Shown here in pieces: positions 12,500 through 27,378 of a stretch of 64,000 bases of DNA. Position 1 is the stretch's first letter; every line of letters starts with the position of its first letter. Both the position numbers and the translations under genes were made by a program. The notes under the pieces are model-generated. The model saw only the letters and a program-made list of their open reading frames with translations, had not been told where the DNA came from and made no database searches. Source of the DNA: Chiloscyllium plagiosum (taxonomy: Eukaryota); NCBI RefSeq assembly GCF_004010195.1, contig NC_057746.1, positions 16,874,820 through 16,938,819 on the forward strand, in the 5' to 3' direction.

Positions 12500-13345
12500 A
12501 ATAGGGGGTTTTGAGAAGATTTGTAGCTCAGATTGAGATTCTGGATGTAAGTTTGCTCACTGACCTGGATGGTTCATTTTCAGATGTTTTGTCACCATAA
12601 TAGGTAACATCTTCAGTGAGCTAGCCTGCTTTCTATTTATATGTTTCGGTTTCCTTGGGTGGTTGATGTCATTTCCTGTTCTTTTTCTCAGGGAGTGGTA
12701 AATGGGGTCCAACTCAATGTGTTTGTTGATAAGAGTTCCAGTTGGAATGCTATGCTTCTAGAAATGGATTAGTGATGCTGGAAGGGCACAGCAGTTCAGG
12801 CAGCATCCAAGGAGCTTCGAAATCAACGTTTCGGGCAAATGCTCTTCATCAGGAATAAACGCAGTGAGCCTGAAGCGTGGAGAGATAAGCTAGAGGAGGG
12901 TGGGGATGGGGAGAAAGTAGCATGGAGTACAATAGGTGAGTGGGGGAGGAGATGAAGGTGATAGGTCAGGTAGGAGAGGGTGGAGTGAATAGGTGGAAAA
13001 GGAGATAGGCAGGTAGGACAAGTCCGGACAAGTCATGGGGATAGTGCTGAGCTGGAAGTTTGGAACTAGGGTGAGGTGGGGTAAGGGGAAATGAGGAAAC
13101 TGTTGAAGTCCACATTGATGCCCTAAGGTTGAAGTGTTCCGAGGCGGAAGATGAGGCGTTCTTCCTCCAGGCGTCTGGTGGTGAGGGAGCAACGGTTAAG
13201 GAGGCCCAGGACCTCCATGTCCTCGGCAGAGTGGGAGGGGGAGTTGAAATGTTGGGCCACAGGGCAGTGTGGTTGATTGGTGCAGGTGTCCCGGAGATAT
13301 TCCCTAAAGCGCTCTGGAGAAAGGAACATCTCCAGGACACCCACA
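12500..13345 (-). mobile_element. Penelope-like element fragments (GIY-YIG endonuclease C-terminus plus pLTR)
   Basis: Minus ORF PVAQHFNSPSHSAEDMEVLGL...RRLEEERLIFRLGTLQP, followed by pLTR with CTGATGA/GAAAC. Confidence 0.85.
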
Positions 13346-14724
13346 CCAATCAACTCCACCACCCCATGGCCGTAGGATATCTCAACATTGGAACTGGGTA
13401 GCAAAGATCACTGAACTGATTTTCCAGTTTTTTTTTCTCTACCTCTGCAAATAACATGTTTTCAATTTTTTTTGTTGATGTATATTTATAAGGGGGAATT
13501 TGTAAGGAGAGTAGAGTTTTTGTTAATAATTTTATAGGCTTACATCTATTTATCTGTAGCTATAGTCTAATTACTTATGCAAAAAGTATTATTATAAAAA
13601 CCTTGTCCATGCTTTCTATCAGTTGTGGTTTGAGGGTCAGGGACATTGGGTACTGTGTGTGGAGTGTCACAATACGCTGCATGTCAATCCTCTGTATTTC
13701 ATTTACATACACACCCCAGTCTGCCTGGATACCAACATTTCTCAGTCTCTTATCACTTATACTGTTTCTGGAGTATATTTTTGTGACTGATTATTTTTGC
13801 TGTCTGTTGCTGTCTATCAACCAAGCTAAAATCCATGCTAATATATTATCCTCAATCTCATAAGCCCTCGTTTTGTGGAAAAATACATAAAAGGAAACAG
13901 AAGGACATCAGGGTTTATGTGTGCATTGATCTTTGAAAGTGACAGCACATTTTGAGAAAGCATTTTGCAAAGCATTTGTGATCATAGAGGGATTTGGTAC
14001 AATACTACTTACCATGCAGTAAAAATATGACATCCACTGGTTCACCTTTATGTATCCTGATAGTTACAGCTTCAGATAACAGATTCGTCAAACATAATTT
14101 GCCTTCTTATGTTGACTTGCAGAATCAATTAAGTTATAGTGTTGCCTTTATCACTGTTTAGTTCCATTCTACTCTGGTTCTAATCCTTCCCATGGAATTG
14201 AAGTTAAGCTCACTTCTAATTTATTGGGTTCTTCAAAGTTTAGAACATAGAACATTACAGCACAGTACAGGCCCTTCGGCCCTCGATGTTGCACCGACCT
14301 TTTGTTGCATCATTTATATGATTATGGCTTTTTAAATTCATTCATGGGATGTGGGTGTCGCTGGCTAGGCTAGTATTTATTGCCAATCCCTAGTTGCGCA
14401 GAAGGCAGTGAAGAATCAACCACATTGCTGTCAAATTGGAGTCACATGTAAGCCAGATTGGGTAAGGATGGCAGTTTCCTTCCCTAAAGAACATTAGTGA
14501 ACCAGATAATTTTTCCAACAATGGTTTCATGGTCATCATTTGATTCTTAATTCCAGACTTTTTTTGTTGAATTCAATTTCTGTCATAATTCCTGGGTCTC
14601 TTGATCTCATACAACCTTTCTAGAAATTGAATGCATTGTCCTGCTTTCTCCCTAAATCCATAAATACTTTATTTAACTCCTTCGTGAAAATATAAATTCT
14701 TTTAGCTGCAATCGCTTTTTGTGA

Positions 14725-15470
14725 CAGAATTGGTGAGGACACTTTTGGATATACTGTACAGTTCTGGTCGCTCTGCTATAAGAAGGACATTGTTAAATTG
14801 CAGAGAGTTCAGAAAAGATTTACCAGGTTGTTGTTGGGACTGGTGGATTTGAGTTATAGGGAGAGGTTGGATAGGGTAGGACTTTTTTCATTGGAACATA
14901 GAGGGTTGAGGGGTGACCTTATAGAGATTTATAAAATCATGAGGGGCATAGATAAGGTGAATAGCAAAGGTCTTTTCCCTTTGGTGGGGGGAGTTCAAAA
15001 CAAGGGGGCATATTTTTAATGTGACAGGAGAAAGATTTGAAAGGAACATGAGGGTCAACTTTTTCACATAAAGGGTGGTCCCTATGTTAGATGAACTGCC
15101 AGGGGAATGATTGATGCAGATAGGGTTACAACATTTAAAGACATTTGAACAGTACATGAATAGGAAATGTTAGGAGAAAGTGAGGACTGCAGATGCTGGA
15201 GATCAGAGTCGAGAGTGTGGTGCTGGAAAAGCATAGCAGGTCAGGCAGCATCCGAGGAGCAGGAGAGTCGATGTTTCGGGCATAAGTCCTTCATTATGTC
15301 TGAAACACCAATTCTTCTGGTCTTTGGATGCTGCCTGACCTGCTGTGCTTTTCCAGCACCACACTCTCGAATAAAAAGGTTGCCAAACGCAGGCAAGTTT
15401 AAACTTGGTTGGCATGGACAAGTTGGACCAAAGGGTCCGTTTCCATGCTGTATGACTCTATGATTCTAAT
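14725..15470 (+). mobile_element. CR1 3' fragment with nested palindromic Penelope pLTR (15175-15370)
   Basis: LQRVQKRFTRLL...GLFSLEHRGLRGDLIEIYKIM; tail atgactctatgattct. Confidence 0.85.
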
Positions 15471-16456
15471 TCAACAGGCTCACCACTCTCAGGGTGAAGA
15501 AAATTCTCTTCATCGCATCCAAAATGGTCTACCTAGTTTCCTTGGACTGTAATCTCTGGTGCTGGATTCCCTGGTTACTGGAAACATCCTTTCTGCCTTT
15601 ACCCTAGTAAGTCATGTTAAAATTTTATAAGTTTCTATGAGATAACCTCTTCCCCCACAATTCTTCTAAGCTTCAGTGAATATAGTCCAACCGAGCCAGT
15701 CTGTCTTCATTTAAGTCAATCCTACCAACCCAGGCATCAGCCTGGTAAGACTTTTGTTGCACTCTTTCATAGCCACAAAATCCTTCCTGCGATAGGAGAC
15801 CAAAACTGCATACAAGACCATATACAACTGCAGAAAGACATCCCTACTCCTGTACATGAATTTTCTTGCTATAATGGCCAACATACCATTTGCCTTCTTC
15901 ACTGCCTGCTGCGCTGCCATGCTTTCAGTGACTAATGTACAAGGATACCCAGGTGGTGTTGCAACTTCCCCTTTACTAATTAATTGCCATTCCAGTGATA
16001 ATCTGCAGTCCTGCTTTTTCTCCCAAATTGGGTAACCTCACATTTATTTACATAAAACTTTGTTGGGCATACATTTGCTCTGCAAACCTCCTCCTCTATT
16101 TTTCTCATAAGCCTATTTACACAAATAGTGTAATCACAACCTTTTTACTTCCCAAAGCCAACCAAATGGATTTTCTCCTTACTCCAGTAAAAAAAATTAT
16201 TTCCCAACATTCAATTGTTCTCTAATCTGTTCTGCAAACACATTTTCCTATGTTTTCTTGGCTATCTTTTCTGAACATTTTCGGTATTCTAGAACTGAAT
16301 TTTACTGGACACCATATTCTCCTGGCCAATATGTTAGTCAGGAGGCTGCTGACAAGGTGTTCTCAGCCCTGCAGTCATTTAGGCCTGAGGGTTAGCTCAG
16401 GCCAAGATATTCACACTCATCTGAGGAGGACGGTTCACTTTATAAAGCTGCCATTC

Positions 16457-16484
16457 CTGAAGAAGGGCTCATGCCCGAAACGTC
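16457..16484 (+). ncRNA. Minimal hammerhead ribozyme core in a Penelope pLTR
   Basis: CTGAAGA-a-GGGC-tcat-GCCC-GAAA-C-GTC: CUGANGA box, stem II hairpin, GAAA box and GUC triplet. Confidence 0.7.
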
Positions 16485-17267
16485 GATTCTCCTGCTCCTT
16501 GGATGCTGCCTGACCTGCTGCGCTTTTCCAGCAACACATTTTCAGCTGCCAACCAATCAAATTGACTGGTAACTCTGTAGTCCCAGAAACACCAGTTTTA
16601 AACAGTGGTCACTGACTGGTAGACCCCATTGAGGGATGTGACAGTGCAGTGCCAGATATGAGACGCCAGTGAGCAAGTTCAATGGGGCATGATCTTGAGT
16701 CAGGCACAGGGGATTTTCAAAAGAATTTCACCATTAATTTGCCTTACAACAGCTTACTTAATTTTTATTTAGAAAACAAATGGGCTGCCTAATTCATTTT
16801 GTTCAGTCATGGGATGTGGGTATCACTGCCTTAGGCCAACATTTATTTCCCATGCCTAATTGCCCTTGAGTGGCTTGCTTGACTATTTCAGAAGACAGTT
16901 AAAAATCAACCATAATACTGTGGGTCTGGAGTTACCCATAGACCAGACCAGGTAAGGACAGCAGATTTCTGTCACAAAAGGTGGATTTTTATGACAATCA
17001 ACAGTGGTTACATGTTCGCCATTATGTTTACTTTTAATTCCAGATACAAATTTCAATATCTGGCATGGGGGGGGGGGATTTCAAACCCACATCCCCAGAG
17101 TATTTTTCAGGGCTCTAAATGACTAGCCCAATGGCATAACTACTATGCCACCACCTTACTTCCTCAGCTGCCCTCTCTTGCGAATAAAATGATGACAGGG
17201 TTGGAATGAAGCTCTGGCCATGTAAAGGCCTCAATATGCCACAAGGTTGAATGGACTGCCTGATGTT

Positions 17268-17682
17268 TGCCTGGAATGGAGAATAGGTCGTACGAGGATA
17301 GGTTGAGAGTGCTAGGCCTTTTCTCATTGGAACGGCGAAGGATGAGGGGTGACTTGATAGAGGTTTATAAGATGATCAGAGGAATAGATAGAGTAGACAG
17401 TCAGAGACTTTTTCCCCGGGTACAACAGAGTGTTACAAGGGGACATAAATTTAAGGTGAAGGGTGGAAGGTATAGGGGGAATGTCAGGGGTAGGTTCTTT
17501 ACCTAGAGAGTGGTGGGGCATGGAATGCGCTGCCTGTGGGAGTGGCAGAGTCAGAATCATTGGTGACCTTTAAACGGCAATTGGATAGGTACATAAATAG
17601 GTGCTTAAGCTAAGACAAATGTTCAGCACAACATCGTGGGCCGAAGGGCCTGCTCTGTGCTGTAATGTTCTATGTTCTATGT
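17268..17682 (+). mobile_element. 5'-truncated CR1 3' end
   Basis: LGLFSLERRRMRGDLIEVYKMIRG; tail atgttctatgttctatg. Confidence 0.9.
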
Positions 17683-17684
17683 TT

Positions 17685-19200
17685 AGAGTGCTCAGAGGAT
17701 GCTCTGATGTTCTGACAGATGTTCTCACAGACATCTTCAACATTTCCCTGAGCTGCACCATAGTTCCAACATGCTTTAAGGCTGATACCATTGTCCCTGT
17801 TCCGAAGACATCTTCAGCTTCCTGTCTCAACGACTCCCGCCCTGTTGCGCTTTACACCCATCATCAGGAAATGCTTCGAGAGGCTCGTGATGAGGCATAC
17901 TAACACCCTGCTACCCCCCTCACTGCACACTCTGCAGTTGTGTGTCGAACCAACCATTCAATGGATGATGCCATTTCTACCAACCTCTGTCTAGTCCTCA
18001 CCCACCTGGAGAAGAAGGACACCTCCATCAGACTACTGTTCACAGACTTCAGTTCAGCATTTATCACCATCATTCTTCAGCACCTGATTGGAAAACTGAG
18101 TCTGCTGGGCCTGAATACCTCCTCTGTAACTGGATCCTGGACTTCTTGAGTGGATGACCTCAGTCAGTGTGGATCGGGGACATCATCTCCAACACCATCA
18201 TGCTGAGCACGAGGCCCGCTCAGGGCTGTGTGCTCAATCCACTACTGTTAACCCTGCTGACAGAAAACTGTGCAGCGATGCACAGGTCAAATCACATAAT
18301 CAATATTGCTAATGAAATGACTGTAGTGGTTCGCATCAGCAGGAATGACAAGTCAGCATACAGCGAGGAGGTGCAACAGCTCACTGACTGGTGCAGAGCC
18401 AGCAACCTGTTTCTGAATGTGGATAAGATGAAAGAGATTGTTGACTTCAGGAGGGCATGGAGCGACCACTCTCTGCTGGACATCAACATCTCCCCCGTGG
18501 AGGTCGTAAAGAGCACCAAATTTGTTGATGCGTATCTGGCAGAGAATCTCACCTGGACCCTCAACAGCAGTTCCATATCCAAGAAAGCCCAGCAGCATCT
18601 CAACTTTCTGCACAGGTTGAGGAAAGCCCATGTCCCACACCCCATCCTCACCACATTCTACAAAGGGTTCATTGAGAGTGCCCTGAGCTGTTGCATTGTT
18701 CCCTGGTTTAGGAATTGCACCGTCTCAGATCATCAGACTCTCCAACGGATATTGAGGATAGCTGAGAAGATTGGGATCTCTCTTCCCTCCATTACAGACA
18801 TTTACTCCACACACTGCATCTGAAAGGCTACCACCATTGTGGAAGACCCCACACACCCTTCACTCAAACTCCTCCCCTTCTGCTATCTGGCAGAAGATAC
18901 CGGAGCATACAGTCTCTATGGCAGACTGTGCAACTGTTTCTTCCTCAAGCCATCAGGCTCCTAAATCTGACTCTTTCCAATCTGAAATTCTCGCATTGCT
19001 GCTAGAAAAATGTCTAATATCCATTAATCTTCTGTTACACACTGTAACTTGCATGTTTTGCACTTCTTATGCACTTTATTCACAAACTACACTTTACAAT
19101 TGTAGTTTGTGCTATCCATGTAGCACCTTCAGTACTGGAGGAATGGTGTCTCATTTTTACTGTATCAGTTGTTTGTGGTAGAAATGACAAAAAGCTACTC
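17685..19200 (+). mobile_element. Rex1/Babar-type non-LTR retrotransposon RT fragment (decayed)
   Basis: [65 protein letters not shown]. Confidence 0.85.
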
Positions 19201-20304
19201 TATTCTGTTCTACTGGAGCACAAATCCTATTGAAATGTTAGCATCCATAACCTTTGCCAGTGTCTGCAGAGATTTGTTGATGTCACAAAGACCAAATCGA
19301 ATTGGCTGAGGACTGGCAGCTGCGCTGCTGGGAACCATAGCAGGATACTACAGTGGGTGATCCATTTGACTCTTCTCACCATTGCTGGTTTGCTCGCCGA
19401 GCTGATGGCTTGTCGTGCAAATGTTTCATCAGCATGCTAGGTAACATCAGTACAACTTACATGAAGTGTCATTGTTCTACTCTGCTTAGTATTTATATGA
19501 TCCAGGAGGAAGTGAGGACTTTAGATACTGGTGGTCAGAGTCACGAGCATGGCGCTGGGAAAGCACAGCAGATCAGCCAGCATCTGAGGAGCAGGAGAAT
19601 TGACATTCCAGGCTTAAGCCCTCCCTGATGAAGAGCTAAAGCTCAAAACTTTGATTTCCCCTGCTCCTCGAATGATGGCTGACCTGCTGTGCTTTTTCCA
19701 GCACCACACTCTGGGCATTTATATGATTCTATCTATTAAGGTAGGTTGTGTCATTTCCAGTTGTGCTCTGCAGTGGTTTGAAAATGGGATCTATTTCTAC
19801 GTGCTAGTTTTTGGCAGTCCAGGTTGAAAACCAGACCTCTAGGAATCACTGTTAATGTCTCTGGTTAGCTTGTCCTATGATAGTTATGTTCTCCCAGCCA
19901 AAAAGATGGCCCTCCTTGTCTGTGTGTACTGAGATGAGGGAGAATTGGTCGTGTCATTTTGTTGCTATTTGGTGTTTGTGTATCCTAGTTTTCTTGCTGA
20001 AGATGGTTGCAAATGCTTCAACCTTGTCTTTTGAGCTGGGTTTCTCCACATTGTGCTAATTGTGGAGTCTTCTCCTCCAGTGAGTTGTTTAATTATCCAC
20101 CAATAGTCACAACCGAATTTATCAGGATTGCAAAGCATAATCTGATCCGTGGCTATGGGATTGCTGAATTGTGTCTATCACGCTGCTTCCAGTGATTTTT
20201 GTTCAGAATCTGTGACGTAGGTTCACCAGGTTGAGAGATTGTTGTTAGGTATGCCTAATGTAGCTTTTGGGATGACCTCCTTCATTCCTCATTGAGCCAG
20301 AGTT

Positions 20305-23300
20305 ACAGAACATAGAACAGTACAACACAGTTCAGACCCTTTGGCCCTCTATTATGCCGACCTTTTATCCTACTCTAAGATCAAACTAATCTACATACCC
20401 CTTCATTTTACTGTCATCCAACTCCCAATCCAAGAATCGCTTAACTGTCTCTAATGTATCTGACTTTACCACCACTACTGGCCGTGCATTCCACGCACCC
20501 ACCACTCTGTAAAGAGCCTACCTCTGACATCTCCCCTAAACCTTCCTCCAATCACTTTAAAATTATGCCCCCTTGCGGTAGCTATTTCCACCCTGGGAAA
20601 AAGTCTCTGGCTATCCACTCTATCTATGCCTCTCATCATCTTGTCCACCTCTATCAAGTCACCTCTCATCTATCTTCACTCCAATGAGAAAAGCCCTAGC
20701 TCTTTCAACCTTTCTTCATAAGACATGCCCTCCAGTCCAGGCAGCATCCTGGTAAATCTTTCTGTACCCCTTCTAAAGCTTCCATATCCTTCCTAATAAT
20801 GAGGTCAACAAAACTGAACACAATATTCCAAGTGTAGTCTAACCAGGGCTTTATAGAGCTGCAGCATAACCTTGCGGCTCTTAAATTCAAACCCCCTGTT
20901 AATAATAGCCACCATATGCCTTCTTAACAACCCTATCAAATTGGATGGCAACTTTGAGGGATCTATGGATGTGGACCCCAAGATCTCTGTTCCTCCACAC
21001 TGCCAAGAATCCTGCCTTGAACTCTAACCTGCATTCAAATTCCACCTTCAAAATGAATCACGTCACACTTTTCAAGGTGAACTCCATCTGCCAGTTCTCA
21101 GCCCAGCTCTGCATCCTGTCAATGTCCTGTTGCAACCTACAGCAGCCCTCCACATTTACCACAATTCCATCAACCTTCAAGTTATTGGCAAACTTACTAA
21201 ACCAACCTTCTGCTTAGATTAGATTAGATTCCCTACAGTACAGAAGCCGACCTCTCAGCCCAACAAGTCCACACAAACCCTCCGAAGAGTAACTCACCCA
21301 GACCCATTCACCACATTTACCCCTGACTAATTCACCTAACACTATGGGTAATTTAGTATGGCCAATTCACCTGACCTGCACATCTTTGGATTGTGGGAGG
21401 AAACCGGAGGAGCATCCGGAGGAAACCCACGCAGACACCGGGAGAACGTGTAAACTCCACACAGACAGACAGTCGCCCGAGGCTAGAATTGAACCCGGGT
21501 CCCTGGCACTGTGAAGCAGCAGTGCTAACCACTGAGCTACCGTGCCACCCCTAACTGCCTCACCTAAGTCATTTATAAAAAGTCTCAAGGAACAGAGGTC
21601 CTAGAACAGATCCCTGCAGAACATCACTGGTCACCGAGCTCCAGGCTGAATACTTTGCATCTACTGCAACCTTCTGTCTTCTATGGGCCCGCCAATTCTG
21701 TAGCCAGACAGCCAGATTTCCCTGTATCCCATGCCTCCTTACTTTCTGAATGAGTTTACCATGAGGAACCTTATCAAGAGTCTTGCTAAAATCCATCTAT
21801 TGCTCTACCTTAATCATTGTGTTTTGTCACATCCTCAAAGAATTCAATAAGGCTTGTGAGACATGGCCTGCCCCTCACAAAGCTATGCTGACTATCTCTA
21901 ATCAAACTATGCTTTTCCAAATCGTCATAAATCCTGCCTCTCAATACTCTCCAATAGTTTGCCCACCATCAGCATAAGACTGACTGGGTTGTAATTCCCA
22001 GGGTTATGTCTATTTACTTTCCCATCCTCCAATCATCTGGTACTACTCTAATGAACAGTGAGGACGCAATGATCATCACAAAAGGCACAGCAATTGCTTC
22101 CCATACTAACCTTGGGTATCTCTCATCTGCGTTGAAAAATGTGGTGCTGGAAAAACACAGCAGGCCAGGCAGCATCCGAGGAGCAGGAGAATCGATGTTT
22201 CGGGCATAAGCCCTTCTTCAGGAGTCGCGGAGGGAGTGGTCTCTCCTGAATGCTGATAGGGGTGGAGAGGGAAATATATCCCTGGTGGTGGGGTCTGTCT
22301 GGAGGTGGCGGAAATGACGGAGGATGATACCACGTATCCGGAGGTTGGTGGGGTGAAAGGTGAGGACCAGTGGGATTCTGACCTGGTGGCGATTGGAGGG
22401 GCGGGGTTCAAGGGCGGAGGTGCGGGAAGAGGTTCCTGAAGAAGGGCTTATGCCCGATTCTCCTGCTCCTCGGATGCTGCCTGGCCTGCTGTGTTTTTTC
22501 AGCACCACATTTTTCAACTCTGGTACTCCAGCATCTGCAGTCCTCACTTTCTCCTATCTCTCATCTAGTCCAGGGCACTTAACTAAACTCACGTGTTTCC
22601 AAATTTCCAGCACATCCTTCTCCTGAACATCAACCTGTTTGAGCATATCAGCCTGTTTCACACTGTCCTCTCAAATGACAAGGTCTCTCTCACTAATGAA
22701 TACTGAAGCAAAGTATTTGTTAAGGACTTCCCCTATCTCCTCTGACTCCAGGCATAGGTTCCTTCCACTATCCATGATTGGCCCTAGCCTCTTGTTCCTC
22801 ACATGTGTAGAACACCTTGGGGTTTTCCTTAAACCTACCCGCCCAGGTGCTTTCATGCTCCCTTCTCGCTCTAAGTCCATTTTTCAGGTCCTTCCTGGCT
22901 ACCTTGTAACCCTGTAGAGCTCTGTCTGATCCTTGCTACCTCAACCTTAAGTAAGCTTCCTTCTTACTGTTGACTAGATGTTCCACATTTTGTCATTCAA
23001 GGTTCCTTCTCTCTACCATCCATCCGTTGTCTCAGCGGGACAAGCCTATCCAGCAAGTGCTCCCAAAACAACCTCCACATTTCTGTCATGCATTTCCCTG
23101 AGCATTTCTGTTCCCAATTTATGCTCCACAGTTCCTGCATAAGAGTCATGAGATGAACAGCACGGAAACAAACACTTCGGTCCAACTCGTCCATGCTAAC
23201 TAGATATCCTAACCTAATCTGGTCCCATTTGCCATCACATGGTCCATATCCCTCTAAACCCTTCCTATTCATATACCCATCCAGATGCATTTTAAATGTT

Positions 23301-24440
23301 GTAATTGTTACCTATTTACTTGAGACTGCAGATTTTATTTATCAGAAATTTTTATGTAATTTATTTATTACATAAAAATCATGTTTTTTTTTAAAAAGGT
23401 ATTTAAATATAGGAGATGATTAGTGTATTCAGTATGGAAACAGACAGTTCGGTCCAACTCAAATGGCAACCAGGTTTCCCAAACTAAACTAATCCAATTT
23501 GCTTATGTTTAGCCCATATCTCTATAAACCATATTCCTCTAATCAGTGTACCTGCCAAATGTGTCTTAAATGTTGTAATTGCACCTGCTTTTACTACTTC
23601 CTCTGACAGTTCATTCTACATGTGAACTACCCTCTGTGTGAAATAGTGCCCCTTAGGTCCCTTTTAGATTTTTCCCTTCTCACCGTAAAATTATGTCCTC
23701 GAGTTTTAAACTCCCCTACCTGAGGGAAAAGACCTTTTGCTATTCACTTTATCAATGCCCCTCATGATTTTATAAACCTTTATAAGGTTACTCCTCAGCC
23801 TCCTAGGCTCCAACCAAAAACATTCCAGCATATTGCTGTGCATCTCTGACTCTATTCTGCCGCTCCTCATAACTCAAACCCTCCAGTCCTCGTAACAACC
23901 TTGTAAATCTTTTCTACACCCTCTTCAATTTAATAATTGCCTTCCTCAAGCAATGCAACCAGAACTGTGCACAGAATTCCAAAAGAAGCCTCATCATTGT
24001 CCTGTGCAGCCATAACATTAGGTCTCAACTCCTACACTCAATGCTTTGACCAATGACAGTATGCATGCTAAACTCCCTTTTCACCACTTTGTCTACCTGT
24101 GACGCCACTTTCATGGAACTATGTACCTAAACCCCTTGCTCTCTCTGTAGAACAGCATTCCGCAAGGCATTATCATTAACCATGTAAATCCTGCCCTTGT
24201 TTGTCTTATCAAAAAGCAAAACCTCATATTGTTTTGATTTAAACTCCATCTGCCACTCATTGGCCCAACTGATTTGGATACCATTGTATTCTTAGATAAC
24301 CTTCACTGTCCATTATAACACCAATTTTGGTAACATCCGCAAACATACTAACCATGCTTCCTTTATTCTCATCCAAATCATAAATATCTATAAAAATGAC
24401 AAACAACATGGACCCAAGGCCCTCTCTGGGACACCATTCT
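20305..24440 (-). mobile_element. Stack of minus-strand CR1 fragments with nested HE1 SINE (21215-21550) and Penelope (22130-22555)
   Basis: Minus ORFs [58 protein letters not shown]. Confidence 0.88.
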
Positions 24441-24952
24441 ACCGCTGATGGCAAAGAGAGCCTCAGTGGTGGCTATTTTGTTTTTCTCCACCTGTTTGAA
24501 ATCTAACCTTTTCAATAAAGTGGGAGTGCCAACAACAGTGGTGGGTATTCTCAATGGGAAGATAAGACTTCAAGAAAGGGAGGTGACAGCTTAGTAGTGT
24601 TATCGCTCGACTGTTAATCCAAACATGTGAATGTTCTGGGCACCTGAATTCGAATCCTGCCATGGCAAATGGTGGAATTTGAATTAGATTTTTAAAACAT
24701 CTAGAATTAAAAATCTAATGAGGACCATGAATCATTCCGTTGTCAATTGTTGGGAAATCCTATTTGGTTCACTAATGCCCTTTCGGGAAGGAAACTGGAA
24801 TACTTACCTGGTGTGACCTGCATGCGACTCCTGACGCACAGCAATGTGGTTGACTCTTACCTGGAGGAATGGCCAAAATACAATTTAACTAACAATTAGG
24901 AATGGGCATTGAATGCTGGCCTAGCCAGCAACACCATCATTCTGTGAATGAA

Positions 24953-25245
24953 TTAGATTCCCTACAGGATAGAAACAGGTCCTTCAGCCCAACACATCCA
25001 CACCAACCCTTCGAAGAGTAACCCACCAGACCCATTTCCCTCTGACTAATGCACCTAACACTATGGGCAATTTAGCCTGGCCAATTCACATGACCTGTAC
25101 ATCTTTAGATTGTGGGAGGAAACTGGAGCACCCAGAGGAAACCCATGCAGACACTGGGAGAATGTGCAAACTCCACACAATTGGAATCAAACCCAGGTCC
25201 CTGGTGCTGTGAGGCAGCAGTGCTAACCACTGAGCCACTGTGCCT
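24953..25245 (-). mobile_element. HE1-type V-SINE
   Basis: Same head, V-domain and tail as 7860-8160 and 40336-40662. Confidence 0.9.
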
Positions 25246-26706
25246 CCATTAAAAATCATGTAATAACTTTTACCAATTCTGTCACAGAATGTGCGTCAGG
25301 TAGATCAGCGAGGACAAAGTAAAGTAGTTTTTTTTCCCTTTCTTTGGTTCCCTCACCACCTCCCAGAGACCCAGACCAGCAACTATGTCCTTTATGATTT
25401 AGTCAGTGATGCTATTCTTGGTGATGGTCTTTAAAATTGCCTACTCAGGCTACATTCTGTGTTCTTGTCATCCTAAGTACATCTTCAAAGTAGCACTCAA
25501 CATTGAGGGGTATTGATTCATCAACTGATGGTTTGGGGAAGAGTTGTGTGGTAGTTTTGTCATCAGTAGGAGAGTTCCTTGCCCATATTTGACCTGATGC
25601 TGTGAGACTTCTTGGTTTCCTGATGACTCTTCAGTCTTCAATACTGAAGTTATTACAAATCTAGGTTATACAACCTGTTTTCATAATGTAGCCCAGTATC
25701 AGGCTGGTGAGTGTCCATTGTAGCCTCACCAAGGCCAATTTCCTTTTCCTAAGGAGCAGTTTTGTATAAACTGGACATAACTTTCAAGACTATGTATTCC
25801 AGTTCTCAAGATAAAGACCTTTACATCAATTTATTGCATTGTCCACCATCCTTTAAAGGTTTCCATTACACTCCGCAACTCCTTCTTTGCATTGTAAGAA
25901 TGTAAAAAATTAAAGCAGAAGTACATCCTTCAGCCCATCAAGCCTGGTTCCCCCATTCAGTTAGTGTGTTTGAGAGATTTAGTCTTGTCTCCATTCGTCT
26001 GTCTGTACACCTGAACTATTGATTCCCATGCAGATCAAAAATCTGCCTCACTCAGCTTTAAATGTTTTCATGTCCTTGAGAACATGAAGTATATTTCAAA
26101 GTGTGAAAAATGGTACATCCCTGTTGTTTAAAGAGATGACTTGTTGCATGTTAAAATGGTTGCTACAGATCACATGACTTAAGGTGCCCAAGGTTGGGGA
26201 AACTCTTCACAGTGGATTTGACAGAGACAGTTCCTCATCTGTCATTGTGTGGAGATACTGAAAAACCGTTCAAACAAGGAGAGCTTAGAAAACAGTCTCT
26301 GAGCCTGAGTCAGTAACAAAACAGACATCTCCGGACCTATTCTGCCAACAGAGGTGCTAAAACTATTGACCAGAAAAGGTATATTTAATGGATTTGACCA
26401 TGTAGATGGAAACTCGTCCATGACCATTAATAGTTTACTACTGACCATCCCATTATCCTGTTGATGACCAGTATCATGTAAATTGAAATTCCTTTGGATT
26501 TTCAGAGACTATTAATTATATACTCTGATCTTCTGTTATCACCAGCCTTGAAAATAATAGACTATTCAGGTTAATCACTAGATCTACCTTAAAATTAGAA
26601 CCTCAACCTCTGCTTCTGAAGGATCTGGAATTCAGGTGAAAAGCAAATTGTTCCTCTTTATACACACATTGTGAGAAACTGCCATTACATCTTGCTGCCT
26701 TCCCAC

Positions 26707-27378
26707 TGTGACAATACTATGACTTTAAGAGGTGGTTTTGTCCTGTTTGTTTTTTTAAAAAGAGAGATTTTAAGACAGAGGTGATGAGCTGTCTGTCAGG
26801 AAAACCAATAAAGTACACAACTTGTGAGATCTTGGCTTATTTCTAAGTTGGAACAATAGAAGCAGCCTGAATAGATGTGGTCAAGCTCTTGCAGAACCAG
26901 AATTTTTAAGTTTCTTAGCTTTTCAGTAGCAGATATTGTTGGGGTCTTAGCAGTGTTGGTTGCTGGAGCACGTTTCTCCCTGCTACACACTCTCTCAGGG
27001 TTATCTCGATTTGTTTTTCCTCCTGGGCTGCTACAGTTGCATGTAGGACAATCTGTTTCCTATATTTGCCTTTTGCCAAGGGTGTGTTGACGGAATGTTA
27101 CTATACTGGAACAGTTCCTGTACAGTCATAAAGTAATCTATTATTCTGTGAACTTTTCCAATACAAAATTAGAATAATTTAACTCTTTCTTTTGTTGTAT
27201 TTTAACTGTTTGAATAAATTGTGCTTCACTTAAAGTAGTTTGACTAATCGAATTGTAATCCTGACACACCTTACATTTACCTTTAAAATAAGACAAAATT
27301 AGGGTCTAGACTATCTTCTTAATATATTTTGAGGGGGTATTGTCTAGTCTATAACAAATTGGGGGCTCTTGTCATGAT
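26707..27378 (+). mobile_element. LTR (TG...CA, 26707-27356) followed by a degenerate tRNA-Pro-type primer binding site
   Basis: Starts tgtgaca, has an internal aataaa, ends ataaca. Followed by tgggggctcttgtcatgat, similar to the tRNA-Pro PBS TGGGGGCTCGTCCGGGAT. Confidence 0.65.
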